This document shows, one piece after another, positions 18,883-28,675 of a DNA stretch of 64,000 nt (position 1 is its first letter; each line of letters starts with the position of its first letter). A model generated the notes under the pieces. That model was not told the DNA's origin. It saw nothing but the letters and a program-made list of their open reading frames with translations, and searched no databases. The translations under genes and the position numbers were made by a program. Source of the DNA: Pseudomonadales bacterium (lineage in GTDB: Bacteria > Pseudomonadota > Gammaproteobacteria > Pseudomonadales > UBA7239); assembly GCA_035430165.1 (NCBI GenBank), contig DAOMGE010000001.1:121804-185803 (forward strand), read 5' to 3'.

Positions 18883-19950
18883 TTATATCGCCGAAACGGA
18901 CAAAAAACCTGCTCCGGTCTGGCTGACCAGCCGGGCCGTAAATACCCTGTGGTTCAGTGTAACTATTGCCAGTAGCAATAATGCCCCGACACCGTTGTGG
19001 GCCACTGCAACGGGTAACGGCAGTGCAAACAACACATTGCTGACGCCAAGGCACACTTGAAGACACAGCAAGCAGCCAATAACGGCCGCCATGCCCCTGG
19101 CCTGGCGCACACCTGAAACCAACAGTCCGGTAATTACCAACAACAGGGTGCACGTGGTAACCACCGCACCGATACGATGCGCCAGATGGATAGCCACACG
19201 CGCCTGGTTATCCAGACGGCCACCCAGGTAATTCGGGCCAATGTGCTGGAATACATCAAATCCCTGCCTGATATCCATGGCCGGAAGCCATTGGTTCTGG
19301 CACATTGGCAAATCAGGACATGCCAGGGCGGCGTAGTTAGAGCTGGTCCAACCACCCAGCGCAATTTGCGCAATCACAACCAGCAAGGCCACAGCGGACA
19401 GCACTCTCAATTTCCTGACGGACTGCCATGCCTCCATGTCCAGCTGCCACGAAAAGTTGCCGAGCCGTTGGGCCAGTAGCCCTAACAGTGACAACGTTGC
19501 AAATCCACCCAGTAAATGCCCCGTCACCACTTGCGGCCATAGTTTCAGTGTCACCGTCCACATGCCGAACAACGCTTGCACAACAATGACGGCGAGTAGC
19601 AACAAAGGCAATTTAAAGGGTTGCGCTGCGTGGTCGCGAAACCTGATGGCTGCGCCAGCCAGCAGCAACACAAACACCGAGAGGCCACCAACAAAAATAC
19701 GGTGGATTTGCTCAGGCCATGTCTTGTCTGTTTCAACGGGCGTTGCCGCAAATGACTGGTTCGCAGCGTTGATTTCTTCTGGTGTGTTGGGCACCCACAG
19801 ATGCCCATAACAGGTTGGCCAGTCTGGACAACCCAGCCCTGCGTGCTTCAGACGTGTAAACACGCCCAGCAGCACGACCAGGAGCGCCAACGTTGTTGCA
19901 AAAACTGCAAGGTAAAAAGAAGGCTTGCGATTTTCACTTGTCATTTTCAT
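18883..19950 (-). CDS. ctaA: Heme A synthase (COX15/CtaA)
   Basis: 355 aa polytopic protein. Carries GLGCPDWPTCYG near the N-terminus and conserved His residues in the TM helices. Sits in the cox cluster. Confidence 0.85.
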   Translation of the reverse strand: MKMTSENRKPSFYLAVFATTLALLVVLLGVFTRLKHAGLGCPDWPTCYGHLWVPNTPEEINAANQSFAATPVETDKTWPEQIHRIFVGGLSVFVLLLAGAAIRFRDHAAQPFKLPLLLLAVIVVQALFGMWTVTLKLWPQVVTGHLLGGFATLSLLGLLAQRLGNFSWQLDMEAWQSVRKLRVLSAVALLVVIAQIALGGWTSSNYAALACPDLPMCQNQWLPAMDIRQGFDVFQHIGPNYLGGRLDNQARVAIHLAHRIGAVVTTCTLLLVITGLLVSGVRQARGMAAVIGCLLCLQVCLGVSNVLFALPLPVAVAHNGVGALLLLAIVTLNHRVFTARLVSQTGAGFLSVSAI

Positions 19951-19952
19951 AG

Positions 19953-20570
19953 CTATTCGATTCCACGCAACAGGAATTTCATGTCAGCAATCACATCTTT
20001 GTACGTATCTTCCGGCAAGTAATACATCATGACAAATCCACGCGGATCAACCACAAAAAAGCGAGCCGCCGACAACGCGTTCGCACCTTGCGATGATTTA
20101 CCCAGCAATGACTTCCAGTTATCTTGTGGCGCATACAGCACAAGCATATCCTTGTGTTCTTTATCCAGCCATTGTCGAGTACTTTCGTCCAGAATACCGC
20201 CAGTTACCAACCAGACACACCGTATGTGGTCCGCATATTTACCCAAGGCTGTACGCGTCTGCCGCAGCTCCCAGAACTGCTGGCGACACACATCGTCACA
20301 TGCTGCCGCATGAGCCATCAGGAACGTCCAGTTATCTTTGCGTGTAGAGCTCCATTTGTAGGGCTTTTGCTCAATAGTCTCCATGAATATGTCGTCGATC
20401 TGCGCAGGCGGTGAAATCAGTACACCTTTATTACTAGTGCCTTCAGGCATACCGATACCGGTGTAAAAAACGAATGTTGCCAACAACACAACACTGATCG
20501 GCATCAGTATCAAAAACAATAACTGCCAGCGTGCGCGCACCGCTTTTGCGGGCGGGAATTCTTCAACCAT
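19953..20570 (-). CDS. Membrane-anchored thioredoxin-fold protein, Sco/SenC-like (CxxxC present, His ligand apparently absent)
   Basis: I chose the start at MVEEFPPAKAVRARWQLLFLILMP (20570), which gives an 8-nt overlap with SURF1. It has one TM segment, then NWTFLMAHAAACDDVCRQQ (compare Sco FTHCPDVCP) and FFVVDPRGFVMMYY (compare Sco YLIDxxG). The family assignment is made by eye. Confidence 0.5.
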   Translation of the reverse strand: MVEEFPPAKAVRARWQLLFLILMPISVVLLATFVFYTGIGMPEGTSNKGVLISPPAQIDDIFMETIEQKPYKWSSTRKDNWTFLMAHAAACDDVCRQQFWELRQTRTALGKYADHIRCVWLVTGGILDESTRQWLDKEHKDMLVLYAPQDNWKSLLGKSSQGANALSAARFFVVDPRGFVMMYYLPEDTYKDVIADMKFLLRGIE

Positions 20571-21315
20571 CTCGACTCTCTCCACTCGATGATTCACGAC
20601 GAAAAACCAGTGCAAGATAAAATATGACCAGGGCAATTGCCATGCCGAACCACTGGATAGCATAAGCGATATTTTTTTCAGGCTCGATGTTAGTAACTGG
20701 CCAGCCCGTCACCAGGGCTGAAGGCGAGCCTTCACCAAGCCGCACGATTACAGGCAGCACATCAAATTTCAATTCTTTGGCAAGATCAGGCACATGCAAA
20801 CGCGCAATACGTCGTGGCCAACCAGCTTCGGCATATATTTCACCCGAAAGCATTATCTCGGGCGACGCATAGACTTCTCCCGATTCTCGTCCCGATATTG
20901 CTGGCGCGGGAATAACTGGCAACTGGGAACGAGAAGCCGTTGCAGCAATCCATCCACGATTGATCAGTACATTCTTGCCATTATCAAGCCGCATGACACT
21001 TATCACGTCATAGCCTATCTTTTGCTCATGCGTCTGGTTATCCAGCAAAAACATCGGTGCCAGCCATTCACCTTTTAGCGTGACCGGCAAATAGTGAATC
21101 GTATCAGTGCTGTGCCAATCTGTGATAGTGATGATGTCAACAGGCGCTTGCTGGCGCTTTTCGTCCGCTTCTATCCTCATCTGCTTGTGTACATCGGCTC
21201 GATGCAATTGCCAAAAACCCAGACAAACAAATAGCGGCAACAGCACAACAGTCAGCAGTGTGATCCGCCAATCATGTTTGAAACGCCTTAGATCGGACGC
21301 GACTGAAGAATTCAC
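20563..21315 (-). CDS. SURF1 family cytochrome oxidase biogenesis protein
   Basis: 250 aa. An N-terminal TM with GFWQLHR, a central periplasmic domain and a C-terminal TM with YAIQWF match the SURF1 signature. Confidence 0.8.
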   Translation of the reverse strand: MNSSVASDLRRFKHDWRITLLTVVLLPLFVCLGFWQLHRADVHKQMRIEADEKRQQAPVDIITITDWHSTDTIHYLPVTLKGEWLAPMFLLDNQTHEQKIGYDVISVMRLDNGKNVLINRGWIAATASRSQLPVIPAPAISGRESGEVYASPEIMLSGEIYAEAGWPRRIARLHVPDLAKELKFDVLPVIVRLGEGSPSALVTGWPVTNIEPEKNIAYAIQWFGMAIALVIFYLALVFRRESSSGESRDG

Positions 21316-21392
21316 GTGTAATCTACCATCTCACCTGCTTTATACTCGCAATACCAAATTATCAATCCCGTTAACCCAGTGAGGATAGCAGC

Positions 21393-21650
21393 GTGTCAGC
21401 CCTACAACTCAAAAGCCTCATAGCGGTCTTGATGTTTCTGATGGTCATCAGCCTTTTCAATGGCCTGTTCGTACTCTTCAAGGATAATGGCGCACCGGAG
21501 TCCAAACGCACATATCACAGGCTGGTCTTGCGAGTAACATTGGCTGCTGCATTACTCGGTACGATGATATACGGTTTCTATAGCGGTAAACTGGCATCCC
21601 ATGCGCCATGGAATCGCAACATCACCATTCAAAAATCCATATCACAGTAA
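21393..21650 (+). CDS. Small twin-TM protein (DUF2909-like) of cox clusters
   Basis: 85 aa with a GTG start and two hydrophobic helices. This position between SURF1 and coxC is typical in proteobacterial aa3 clusters. Confidence 0.6.
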   Translation: MSALQLKSLIAVLMFLMVISLFNGLFVLFKDNGAPESKRTYHRLVLRVTLAAALLGTMIYGFYSGKLASHAPWNRNITIQKSISQ

Positions 21651-21663
21651 TTAATGCGGCAAA

Positions 21664-21694
21664 CAAAAAGGCCCGCTATCAGGCGGGCCTTTTT
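21664..21694. terminator. Bidirectional rho-independent terminator between convergent genes
   Basis: AAAAAGGCCCGC-tatcag-GCGGGCCTTTTT, a 7-bp GC stem flanked by an A-tract and a T-tract. It lies between the 21650 (+) and 21714 (-) gene ends. Confidence 0.7.
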
Positions 21695-21713
21695 CGTGGT
21701 CAATGTCCTGCAA

Positions 21714-22667
21714 TCAGAACACGTAAACCACCGCGACCAGAAACAGCCAGACCACATCTACAAAGTGCCAATACCAGCTCGCAGCCTCAAAACCGAAATG
21801 GTCGTCTTTATTGAAGTGGCCTTTCAGCGCACGCAAGAACATCACCGTCAACATGAACGCACCGAGACAAACGTGAAAACCATGAAAACCTGTCAGCATG
21901 AAAAACGTGGTGCCGTAAATGCCTGACTTCAGCGTCAAACCCAACACCGTGTATGCTTCGTGATACTCTTTTGCCTGAAAAAAGACAAAAGCAAAACCTA
22001 AAGCCAACGTAATCGCCAACCACAGCTTGAAAGCACCGCGATTATTGGCCTTCAGTGCATGATGGGCAAACTCACACGTAACAGACGATGTGACCAGAAA
22101 AATTGTGTTCCACAATGGCAACCAATGCGCCGCTTCTGCCACGCCAGGCCATGACATGTTTTCCTTTGGCCCAATAAAAGTACCATTATTAGCAATCAGC
22201 TGAGCCGCAACGCCACCGTGCGCCTGCTGCGGGGTCTCCATCATAGGCCAGCTGAAGTGGAAACCTTTCCAGAGCATCTCATTAGTAAAATGGCCTACAC
22301 CTTCACCTGACAACCACGGCCCCACAAGCTCACGCACATAGAACAAACCACCAAAAAACGTGAAGAAGAACATGACTTCAGAAAAAATGAACCATTGCAT
22401 ACCAATACGATAAGAACGTTTCAGCTGAGGGCTGTTCATGCCCTTGATATTTTCGCCTATCGCCGTGCCAAACCAGTTGAAGAGCACAGTTGCAAGAACA
22501 GCAAAACCCAACATAAGGAGGGCAGGGCTACCTTCACGATGGGCATGCAAATCATTCAGCCAAGTGGCAACACCCACCAGCATAAGACCCACACCCATAG
22601 AAGCCAGAACCGGATATTTGCTCTGCTCCGGTACATAGTAGGTCGATTCACCGTGTTCACTTGCCAT
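21714..22667 (-). CDS. coxC: Cytochrome c oxidase subunit III
   Basis: 317 aa. Contains the conserved GFHGFHV and WYWHFVDVVWLFL motifs. Confidence 0.92.
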   Translation of the reverse strand: MASEHGESTYYVPEQSKYPVLASMGVGLMLVGVATWLNDLHAHREGSPALLMLGFAVLATVLFNWFGTAIGENIKGMNSPQLKRSYRIGMQWFIFSEVMFFFTFFGGLFYVRELVGPWLSGEGVGHFTNEMLWKGFHFSWPMMETPQQAHGGVAAQLIANNGTFIGPKENMSWPGVAEAAHWLPLWNTIFLVTSSVTCEFAHHALKANNRGAFKLWLAITLALGFAFVFFQAKEYHEAYTVLGLTLKSGIYGTTFFMLTGFHGFHVCLGAFMLTVMFLRALKGHFNKDDHFGFEAASWYWHFVDVVWLFLVAVVYVF

Positions 22668-22726
22668 AATGATCTCCAGTTATGACGTTTTGTTTGTCTT
22701 GCTGCCTTGAACCAGCCGGAGCAGGC

Positions 22727-23308
22727 TCAAGGCTTCTTGTCTGTTTTCGCCGCAGGAGCTGGCGTTTTTGCAGAATCAGTCACATCGAACAAGGTATAGC
22801 CGAGTGTGATGGTACGTATATCCGCCGGCAAAGCCTGATCAACAATAAACACCACCGGCATATCTATTTCCTGTCCAGGCTCAAGGGTTTGCTGTGTGAA
22901 ACAGAAACACTCTGTCTTGTGGAAATGTTCCACTGCCTGCTCAGGCACGATACTCGGCACCGCCTGCGCTACCATGCGATGATCCGTCGGGTTGCGCGCG
23001 TGAAACGTGGTGCGCGTCGACTCTCCGGGATGCACTTCCAGCACGGTGTCACCGGCATGGAATTCCCATGGCATGCTGGCGCTGTTGACGGTAACAAACT
23101 GCACCTTCACCTTGCGCGTTGTATCAATTTTAACCTGCTCGGCCACATAGGCCTTGGTGTTCAGTCGTGGCGAGTTGATATCCAGCACACTGCACAACAG
23201 GTTGTAAAACGGCGGCATCAGGAACATGGCAAAAGCAAACATACCGACTGCCCCGAGGAACAGCTTGGCGACAATATAACGGTCGCCTTTTTTGTCAATG
23301 TCACTCAT
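22727..23308 (-). CDS. ctaG: Cytochrome c oxidase assembly protein CtaG/Cox11
   Basis: 193 aa. An N-terminal TM is followed by the CFCF motif (KTECFCFTQQTL) characteristic of Cox11. Confidence 0.9.
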   Translation of the reverse strand: MSDIDKKGDRYIVAKLFLGAVGMFAFAMFLMPPFYNLLCSVLDINSPRLNTKAYVAEQVKIDTTRKVKVQFVTVNSASMPWEFHAGDTVLEVHPGESTRTTFHARNPTDHRMVAQAVPSIVPEQAVEHFHKTECFCFTQQTLEPGQEIDMPVVFIVDQALPADIRTITLGYTLFDVTDSAKTPAPAAKTDKKP

Positions 23309-23345
23309 GTACTGATGCTGCGTTTATTCTCACCTTGCTTCTTTC

Positions 23346-24899
23346 TTACTTGACCTGGGGTGGAACACTAAAGGTATGGAACGGCGCTGGACTTGGCACT
23401 GTCCACTCAAGACCAGTAGCACCATCCCATGTTTTCGCCGCAGCGTTCGGTTTACCCGCCACAATAGTACGGATCACGTTGAACAGGAAAAGAATCTGCG
23501 ACGAACCATAAATAAAGGCACCGATAGACGACACCATATTCCAGTCGGCAAAAATAAGGTTGTAGTCAGGTATACGGCGTGGCATACCAGCCAGACCCAC
23601 GAAATGTTGCGGGAAGAATGTCAGGTTGAAGCCAATAAAAGAAATCCAGAAATGGGTTTTGCCCATGGCTTCGGAATACATACGACCCGTCCATTTTGGG
23701 AGCCAGTAATAAACCGCAGCGGACATCGAGAATACAGCACCAGCGACCATTACATAATGAAAGTGAGCCACTACAAAGTAACTGTCGTGGTACTGGAAGT
23801 CTGAAGGCGCCAACGAAAGCATCAGACCAGAGAAACCACCCGTTGTGAACAACACAATAAAGGCTATGCAAAAGAGCATTGGCGTTTCAAAGGTAATCGA
23901 ACCCCGGAACATGGTCGTTACCCAGTTGAAGACCTTCACTCCAGTCGGCACAGCAATCAACATGGTGGCAATCATGAAGTACATCTCTCCAGCCACCGGC
24001 ATGCCTACGACATACATGTGGTGCGCCCACACGATGAATGACAGGAAGGCAATGGAAGCCGTGGCATAAACCATTGAGCTGTAACCAAACAAAGGCTTGC
24101 GAGAAAAGGTTGGAATAATTTCTGAAACCACACCGAACGCAGGAAGGATGATGATATAAACCTCCGGGTGACCGAAGAACCAGAACACATGCTGGAACAG
24201 AACCGGATCGCCACCACCTGCGGCACTGAAGAAAGATGTGCCAAAGTGGATATCCATCAACATCATGGTCACCGCACCCGCCAGAACCGGCATAACCGCG
24301 ATCAGCAAGAATGCCGTGATTAGCCATGTCCACACGAACAAGGGCATCTTCATCAACGTCATACCCGGTGCGCGCAAATTCAACACGGTCGCGATGATAT
24401 TGATAGAACCCATGATGGATGAAGCACCCATCACGTGCACAGCGAAGATAAAAAATGTCACCGACGGCGGCGCATAAGTTGTCGACAAAGGAGCGTAGAA
24501 AGTCCAGCCGAAGTTAGGCGCACCACCAGGCATAAACAGGGTTGAAGCGAGAATACAGAATGCAAACGGCAACAACCAGAATGAAAAGTTGTTCATGCGC
24601 GGCAACGCCATATCCGGCGCACCAATCATCAACGGGATCATCCAGTTCGCCAAGCCGACGAATGAGGGCATGATCGCACCGAATACCATCACCAAGCCAT
24701 GCATAGTGGTCATCTGGTTGAAAAACTCAGGCTGAACCAATTGCAAACCCGGCTTGAACAACTCGGCGCGAATGACCATCGCGAACGCGCCACCCAGAAT
24801 AAACATCGCAAAACTGAACCACAGGTACATTGAACCTATGTCTTTGTGGTTGGTGGCAAACAACCACCGGCTCAAACCCTTAGCTGGACCGTGTGCCAT
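23346..24899 (-). CDS. coxA: Cytochrome c oxidase subunit I
   Basis: 517 aa. Contains WLFATNHKDIG, GHPEVYILILP and HHMY. Confidence 0.95.
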   Translation of the reverse strand: MAHGPAKGLSRWLFATNHKDIGSMYLWFSFAMFILGGAFAMVIRAELFKPGLQLVQPEFFNQMTTMHGLVMVFGAIMPSFVGLANWMIPLMIGAPDMALPRMNNFSFWLLPFAFCILASTLFMPGGAPNFGWTFYAPLSTTYAPPSVTFFIFAVHVMGASSIMGSINIIATVLNLRAPGMTLMKMPLFVWTWLITAFLLIAVMPVLAGAVTMMLMDIHFGTSFFSAAGGGDPVLFQHVFWFFGHPEVYIIILPAFGVVSEIIPTFSRKPLFGYSSMVYATASIAFLSFIVWAHHMYVVGMPVAGEMYFMIATMLIAVPTGVKVFNWVTTMFRGSITFETPMLFCIAFIVLFTTGGFSGLMLSLAPSDFQYHDSYFVVAHFHYVMVAGAVFSMSAAVYYWLPKWTGRMYSEAMGKTHFWISFIGFNLTFFPQHFVGLAGMPRRIPDYNLIFADWNMVSSIGAFIYGSSQILFLFNVIRTIVAGKPNAAAKTWDGATGLEWTVPSPAPFHTFSVPPQVK

Positions 24900-24912
24900 T
24901 GTTATCTACCCC

Positions 24913-26067
24913 TCACTTCTTGCTCTTGAACTTGGCGACGTCGACAGCTTGGAGACTGTCACCCATATTGTTGCCGAATGCATTGCGCTGATAGGTAACA
25001 ACAGCAGCAATATCCAACTCGTTCAGAATGCCGCCAAAGGCCTGCATCGCAGTACCCGGACGACCGTTGACAACCACATTCAAGTGCTCCTCGATAGCGC
25101 CCGTCGCTACTTTACTACCCGCAATCGGTTTACCCACGCCACCCTCACCTTTCGCGCCGTGACATGCCATACAGGTATTGGTGTAAACCTTTTCACCTTT
25201 GGCAATCATCTCTTCCTTGCTGAAAGACTGAGCCATCAGCTCACGCAATTTTCTTGCTTCTGCCTTCTTGCCACTCAGCCACTTGTCATAGTCAGCCTTT
25301 TCTTCCACGACAACCACGATGGGCATGAAGCCATGGTCTTTACCGCACAACTCAGCACACTGACCACGGTAGATACCTACCTTCTCCGCTTTGGTCCATG
25401 CTTCATTGACGATACCGGGAATAGCATCTTTCTTGACAGCCAGCTCAGGTACCCACCAGGAGTGGATAACGTCGTTGCCGGTAATCAGGAAGCGCACTTT
25501 GGTGTGGACAGGAATATGGATGGGCTCATCTACCTCAAGCAAATAGAATTCGCTTTTGGGTTGCTTGCCTTCAATCTCGGCACGCGGCGTAGCAAGATTG
25601 GAAAAGAAGCTGACACTATCCGCCGGCGTCTGTCCCAGATATTCGTATTTCCATTTCCACTGATAGCCCGTGACAACCACGTTCATCTCAGGCTCGTCTG
25701 TGTCGTAGACTTTCAAAAGAGTCTTGATCGCGGGCCACGCCATGAAAGCTAGGATAAAGAAAGGGATGATGGTCCAGGCCAGCTCGGCACCCAGATGCTC
25801 ATGCCAGTGCTCTGCCTGATGACCCAGCGATTTGCGATGCGCAATCAGCGAATAGAACATCAACGCAAAAACGACAATACCGATGCCTACCGAGATCCAG
25901 ATCACCAGCATGTGCAAGTCGTATATGTCTTTGCCCAGCAAGGTGACACCTGGCGACATGTTGACCGTGCTTCTGTCAGCCAGATCTGCCCACGCACTGG
26001 CATGAGCCGTGAGTAATAGCACCGGGCCAAGCAATAGCGACAGCAGCCTTTTTGCTTTGGAATGCAT
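24913..26067 (-). CDS. coxB: Cytochrome c oxidase subunit II with a C-terminal cytochrome c domain
   Basis: I chose the start at MHSKAKRLLSLLLGPV (26067), which has GGAGAA 8 nt upstream. It carries the CuA motif CAELCGKDHGFM and a C-terminal CMACH heme-binding site. Confidence 0.9.
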   Translation of the reverse strand: MHSKAKRLLSLLLGPVLLLTAHASAWADLADRSTVNMSPGVTLLGKDIYDLHMLVIWISVGIGIVVFALMFYSLIAHRKSLGHQAEHWHEHLGAELAWTIIPFFILAFMAWPAIKTLLKVYDTDEPEMNVVVTGYQWKWKYEYLGQTPADSVSFFSNLATPRAEIEGKQPKSEFYLLEVDEPIHIPVHTKVRFLITGNDVIHSWWVPELAVKKDAIPGIVNEAWTKAEKVGIYRGQCAELCGKDHGFMPIVVVVEEKADYDKWLSGKKAEARKLRELMAQSFSKEEMIAKGEKVYTNTCMACHGAKGEGGVGKPIAGSKVATGAIEEHLNVVVNGRPGTAMQAFGGILNELDIAAVVTYQRNAFGNNMGDSLQAVDVAKFKSKK

Positions 26068-26286
26068 GCCCTTTTCTCCGTCGTTATCAAATGAAAATGT
26101 CATAGGCACCCTTCCCACACTTGCAAGCAGCGTCGAAATAACGACCAACTACCAACGTGCGGAGCATAATTTGCTCAAATTTTGAACAAACGGGTGCGGC
26201 AAAGCGCCGCAATTATAGTCAGCACCCCCCACTGGGTAAACAGCCAAAATCAAAAAAACTGACTCTGACTGTAGGGGAATACCACT

Positions 26287-26547
26287 TTACATATCACTGG
26301 CTACATCAGGGTCCACCAATCGCACCACAGCAACCGCATCACGCTTTTCGGCTTCTGTACGATTAACGCGCGTTTCCAGTTCTCGAAAGTTCTGTTCGAA
26401 TTGCATGGCATCCACATACCCACACGCAACACATTCCCGATACTGCTGGCCGTCCTTACGGTACATAACCACCTTGTCCAGTGCCTGGCACTGCGTGCAT
26501 CTGGCTCCGGCTATAAAGCGTCTGGGAATATCAGGCAACACGCTCAT
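26287..26547 (-). CDS. yheV: YheV-family putative zinc-ribbon protein
   Basis: RFIAGARCTQCQALDKVVMY...YRECVACGY is a CxxC...CxxC ribbon. The ATGA overlap with the prlC stop matches the usual prlC-yheV pairing. Confidence 0.7.
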   Translation of the reverse strand: MSVLPDIPRRFIAGARCTQCQALDKVVMYRKDGQQYRECVACGYVDAMQFEQNFRELETRVNRTEAEKRDAVAVVRLVDPDVASDM

Positions 26548-28610
26548 GCTGCACACCGGTCTGCAAGCCCGGTGTGGCGTAGCAGTGCGTCGATTTCCGG
26601 ATCACGGCCGCGGAAGCGCCGGAACAAGCTCATGGCATCCTCTGTACCACCGCGCTCCAGAATTTCACACAGGAAGAGGCTGCCAGTCGCATCATCAAAA
26701 ATGTCAGTCTCTTCAAAAACAGCAAATGCATCGGCCGACAACACTTCTGCCCATTTGTAACTGTAGTAGCCTGCGGCATAACCACCCGCAAAAACATGTG
26801 CGAAACCATTCTGGAAACGGTTAAATGACGGTGGTTTCAACAAGGCCAGTTTTTCTCTTACAGCGTCCAGCACTGCTTGCGCCTTTTTTGTCCCATTCAC
26901 TTCGTAGCGCCAATGCAACAACAGATCAAACAATGAAAATTCGAGTTGTCGCAACATCTGCATACCTGACTGGAAGTTTTTTGCTGCAAGCATCTTTTGC
27001 AACATATCTGCCGACAACGGTTCTCCCGTCTGGTAATGACCAGATATCAGCGGGATAACACGCGGCTGCCAGCACCAGTTTTCCAGAAACTGGCTGGGCA
27101 ATTCAACAGCATCCCATTCCACACCATTGATGCCTGACACAGGAGCACACTCGACTTGCGTCAACATATGATGCAGTCCATGGCCAAACTCATGGAACAG
27201 CGTCGTAACCTCATCAAATGTCAGCAACGACGGCTGGCTCGCTGTCGGCGCCATAAAATTGCAGGTGAGAAAAGCAACGGGCAACTGGATACTGCCGTTA
27301 TCCAGTCGCCGTCGAACGCGACAATCTCCCATCCAGGCGCCGCCGCGCTTGTTTTCGCGTGCATAGAGATCCGTATAAAAAAATGCAATCACTTCACCTT
27401 TGCGGCTCAAGCGATAACAGTGTGCATCGGCATGCCATGTATCTGCCCCATGCTCCTCTACGATATCGACAGCAAACAACCTGCTGATAACCGCAAACAA
27501 TCCATCAAGGACTTTCCCTGCAGGGAAATACTGACGCAGCTGTTCCTGATCTACTGCATAACGCGATTCGCGCAATTTTTCAGACAACCAGCTGACATCC
27601 CAGCTTTGTATATCATCGATGCTGAAATTTTCTGATGCAAAATTCTGCAATTCCATAAATTCCTGTTGGGCAACCGGACGGGATCGATCAGCGAGTTGCC
27701 ACAGAAAATCAGCGACATGCTGCGGAGACTCAGCCATCTTTGTTTCCAGTGAATAGGCCGCATAATTCCCAAAACCCAACAGATGTGCCAACTCATGCCG
27801 GAGTGACAATATCTCCTCGATAATCCCGCTGTTATCAAATTGTCCGGCCTGTGGCCCACACTCGGACGCACGCGTCACATATGCTTCATACATATCACGA
27901 CGCAATTCACGATTGTCCGCATAAGTCATTACTGCCACATAACATGGACCATCCAGCGTCAGCTTGTAGCCGGCTTCTCCCGTGGCTTCTGCCTGAGCAC
28001 GCGCAGAAATCCGTGCAGATTCCGGCAAGCCTGCAAGCAAGGTTTCGTCAGTGATGTGTTTTGTCCATGCACGGGTAGCATCAAGCAAATGATTCGAAAA
28101 ATCGCTCGACAACGCAGACAGCTTCGAGCAGATTTCTGCATAACGGCGTTGCTGCTCTACCGGCAAATCGATGCCGGATAATCGGAAGTCGCGCAATGCA
28201 TTGTCGATCACTTTTTTCTGCGCCTGCGAAAATGCAGGAAAGTTGCTGCTGTTTTTGATAGCTGTATAGGCATTGAAAAGGCCACGATGCTGACCCATGC
28301 GCGTATGATAATCTGACAAAAGTGGCAAGCAGGCATCATGCGCAGCGCGCCATTCTGCACTTTGCACAACGGCATTCATATGGCTCACGGGTGCCCACGC
28401 TTTTTCCAGCCTGTCGTTGATGTTGTGCAGTGGTTGCACCAGCGTCGCCCAGTCAGGTGCTGGTTTTGCGGCCAGGGCGTCCACATACTGCAGGCTTTCT
28501 GCAATGATGGCGCTGATCGCCGGCTCTATGTGTTCTGCTTTTATCAGGGAGAAGTGTGGCAGTAACACATCATCAAGGAGTGGATTTTTTTCTGGCTGGC
28601 TTTGCGGCAT
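26544..28610 (-). CDS. prlC: Oligopeptidase A (M3 metallopeptidase)
   Basis: The HEFGH zinc motif is present (TLFHEFGHGLHHML). I chose the start at MPQSQPEKNPLLDD (28610). The longer ORF-track start would overlap the divergent gene and adds an Arg/His-rich, non-native-looking extension. Confidence 0.9.
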   Translation of the reverse strand: MPQSQPEKNPLLDDVLLPHFSLIKAEHIEPAISAIIAESLQYVDALAAKPAPDWATLVQPLHNINDRLEKAWAPVSHMNAVVQSAEWRAAHDACLPLLSDYHTRMGQHRGLFNAYTAIKNSSNFPAFSQAQKKVIDNALRDFRLSGIDLPVEQQRRYAEICSKLSALSSDFSNHLLDATRAWTKHITDETLLAGLPESARISARAQAEATGEAGYKLTLDGPCYVAVMTYADNRELRRDMYEAYVTRASECGPQAGQFDNSGIIEEILSLRHELAHLLGFGNYAAYSLETKMAESPQHVADFLWQLADRSRPVAQQEFMELQNFASENFSIDDIQSWDVSWLSEKLRESRYAVDQEQLRQYFPAGKVLDGLFAVISRLFAVDIVEEHGADTWHADAHCYRLSRKGEVIAFFYTDLYARENKRGGAWMGDCRVRRRLDNGSIQLPVAFLTCNFMAPTASQPSLLTFDEVTTLFHEFGHGLHHMLTQVECAPVSGINGVEWDAVELPSQFLENWCWQPRVIPLISGHYQTGEPLSADMLQKMLAAKNFQSGMQMLRQLEFSLFDLLLHWRYEVNGTKKAQAVLDAVREKLALLKPPSFNRFQNGFAHVFAGGYAAGYYSYKWAEVLSADAFAVFEETDIFDDATGSLFLCEILERGGTEDAMSLFRRFRGRDPEIDALLRHTGLADRCAA

Positions 28611-28675
28611 AAATGGATATCGCTCACGGCAGGAAGGTTTATTATACGCACGACACTGCCAACAAGGAGCATTGC

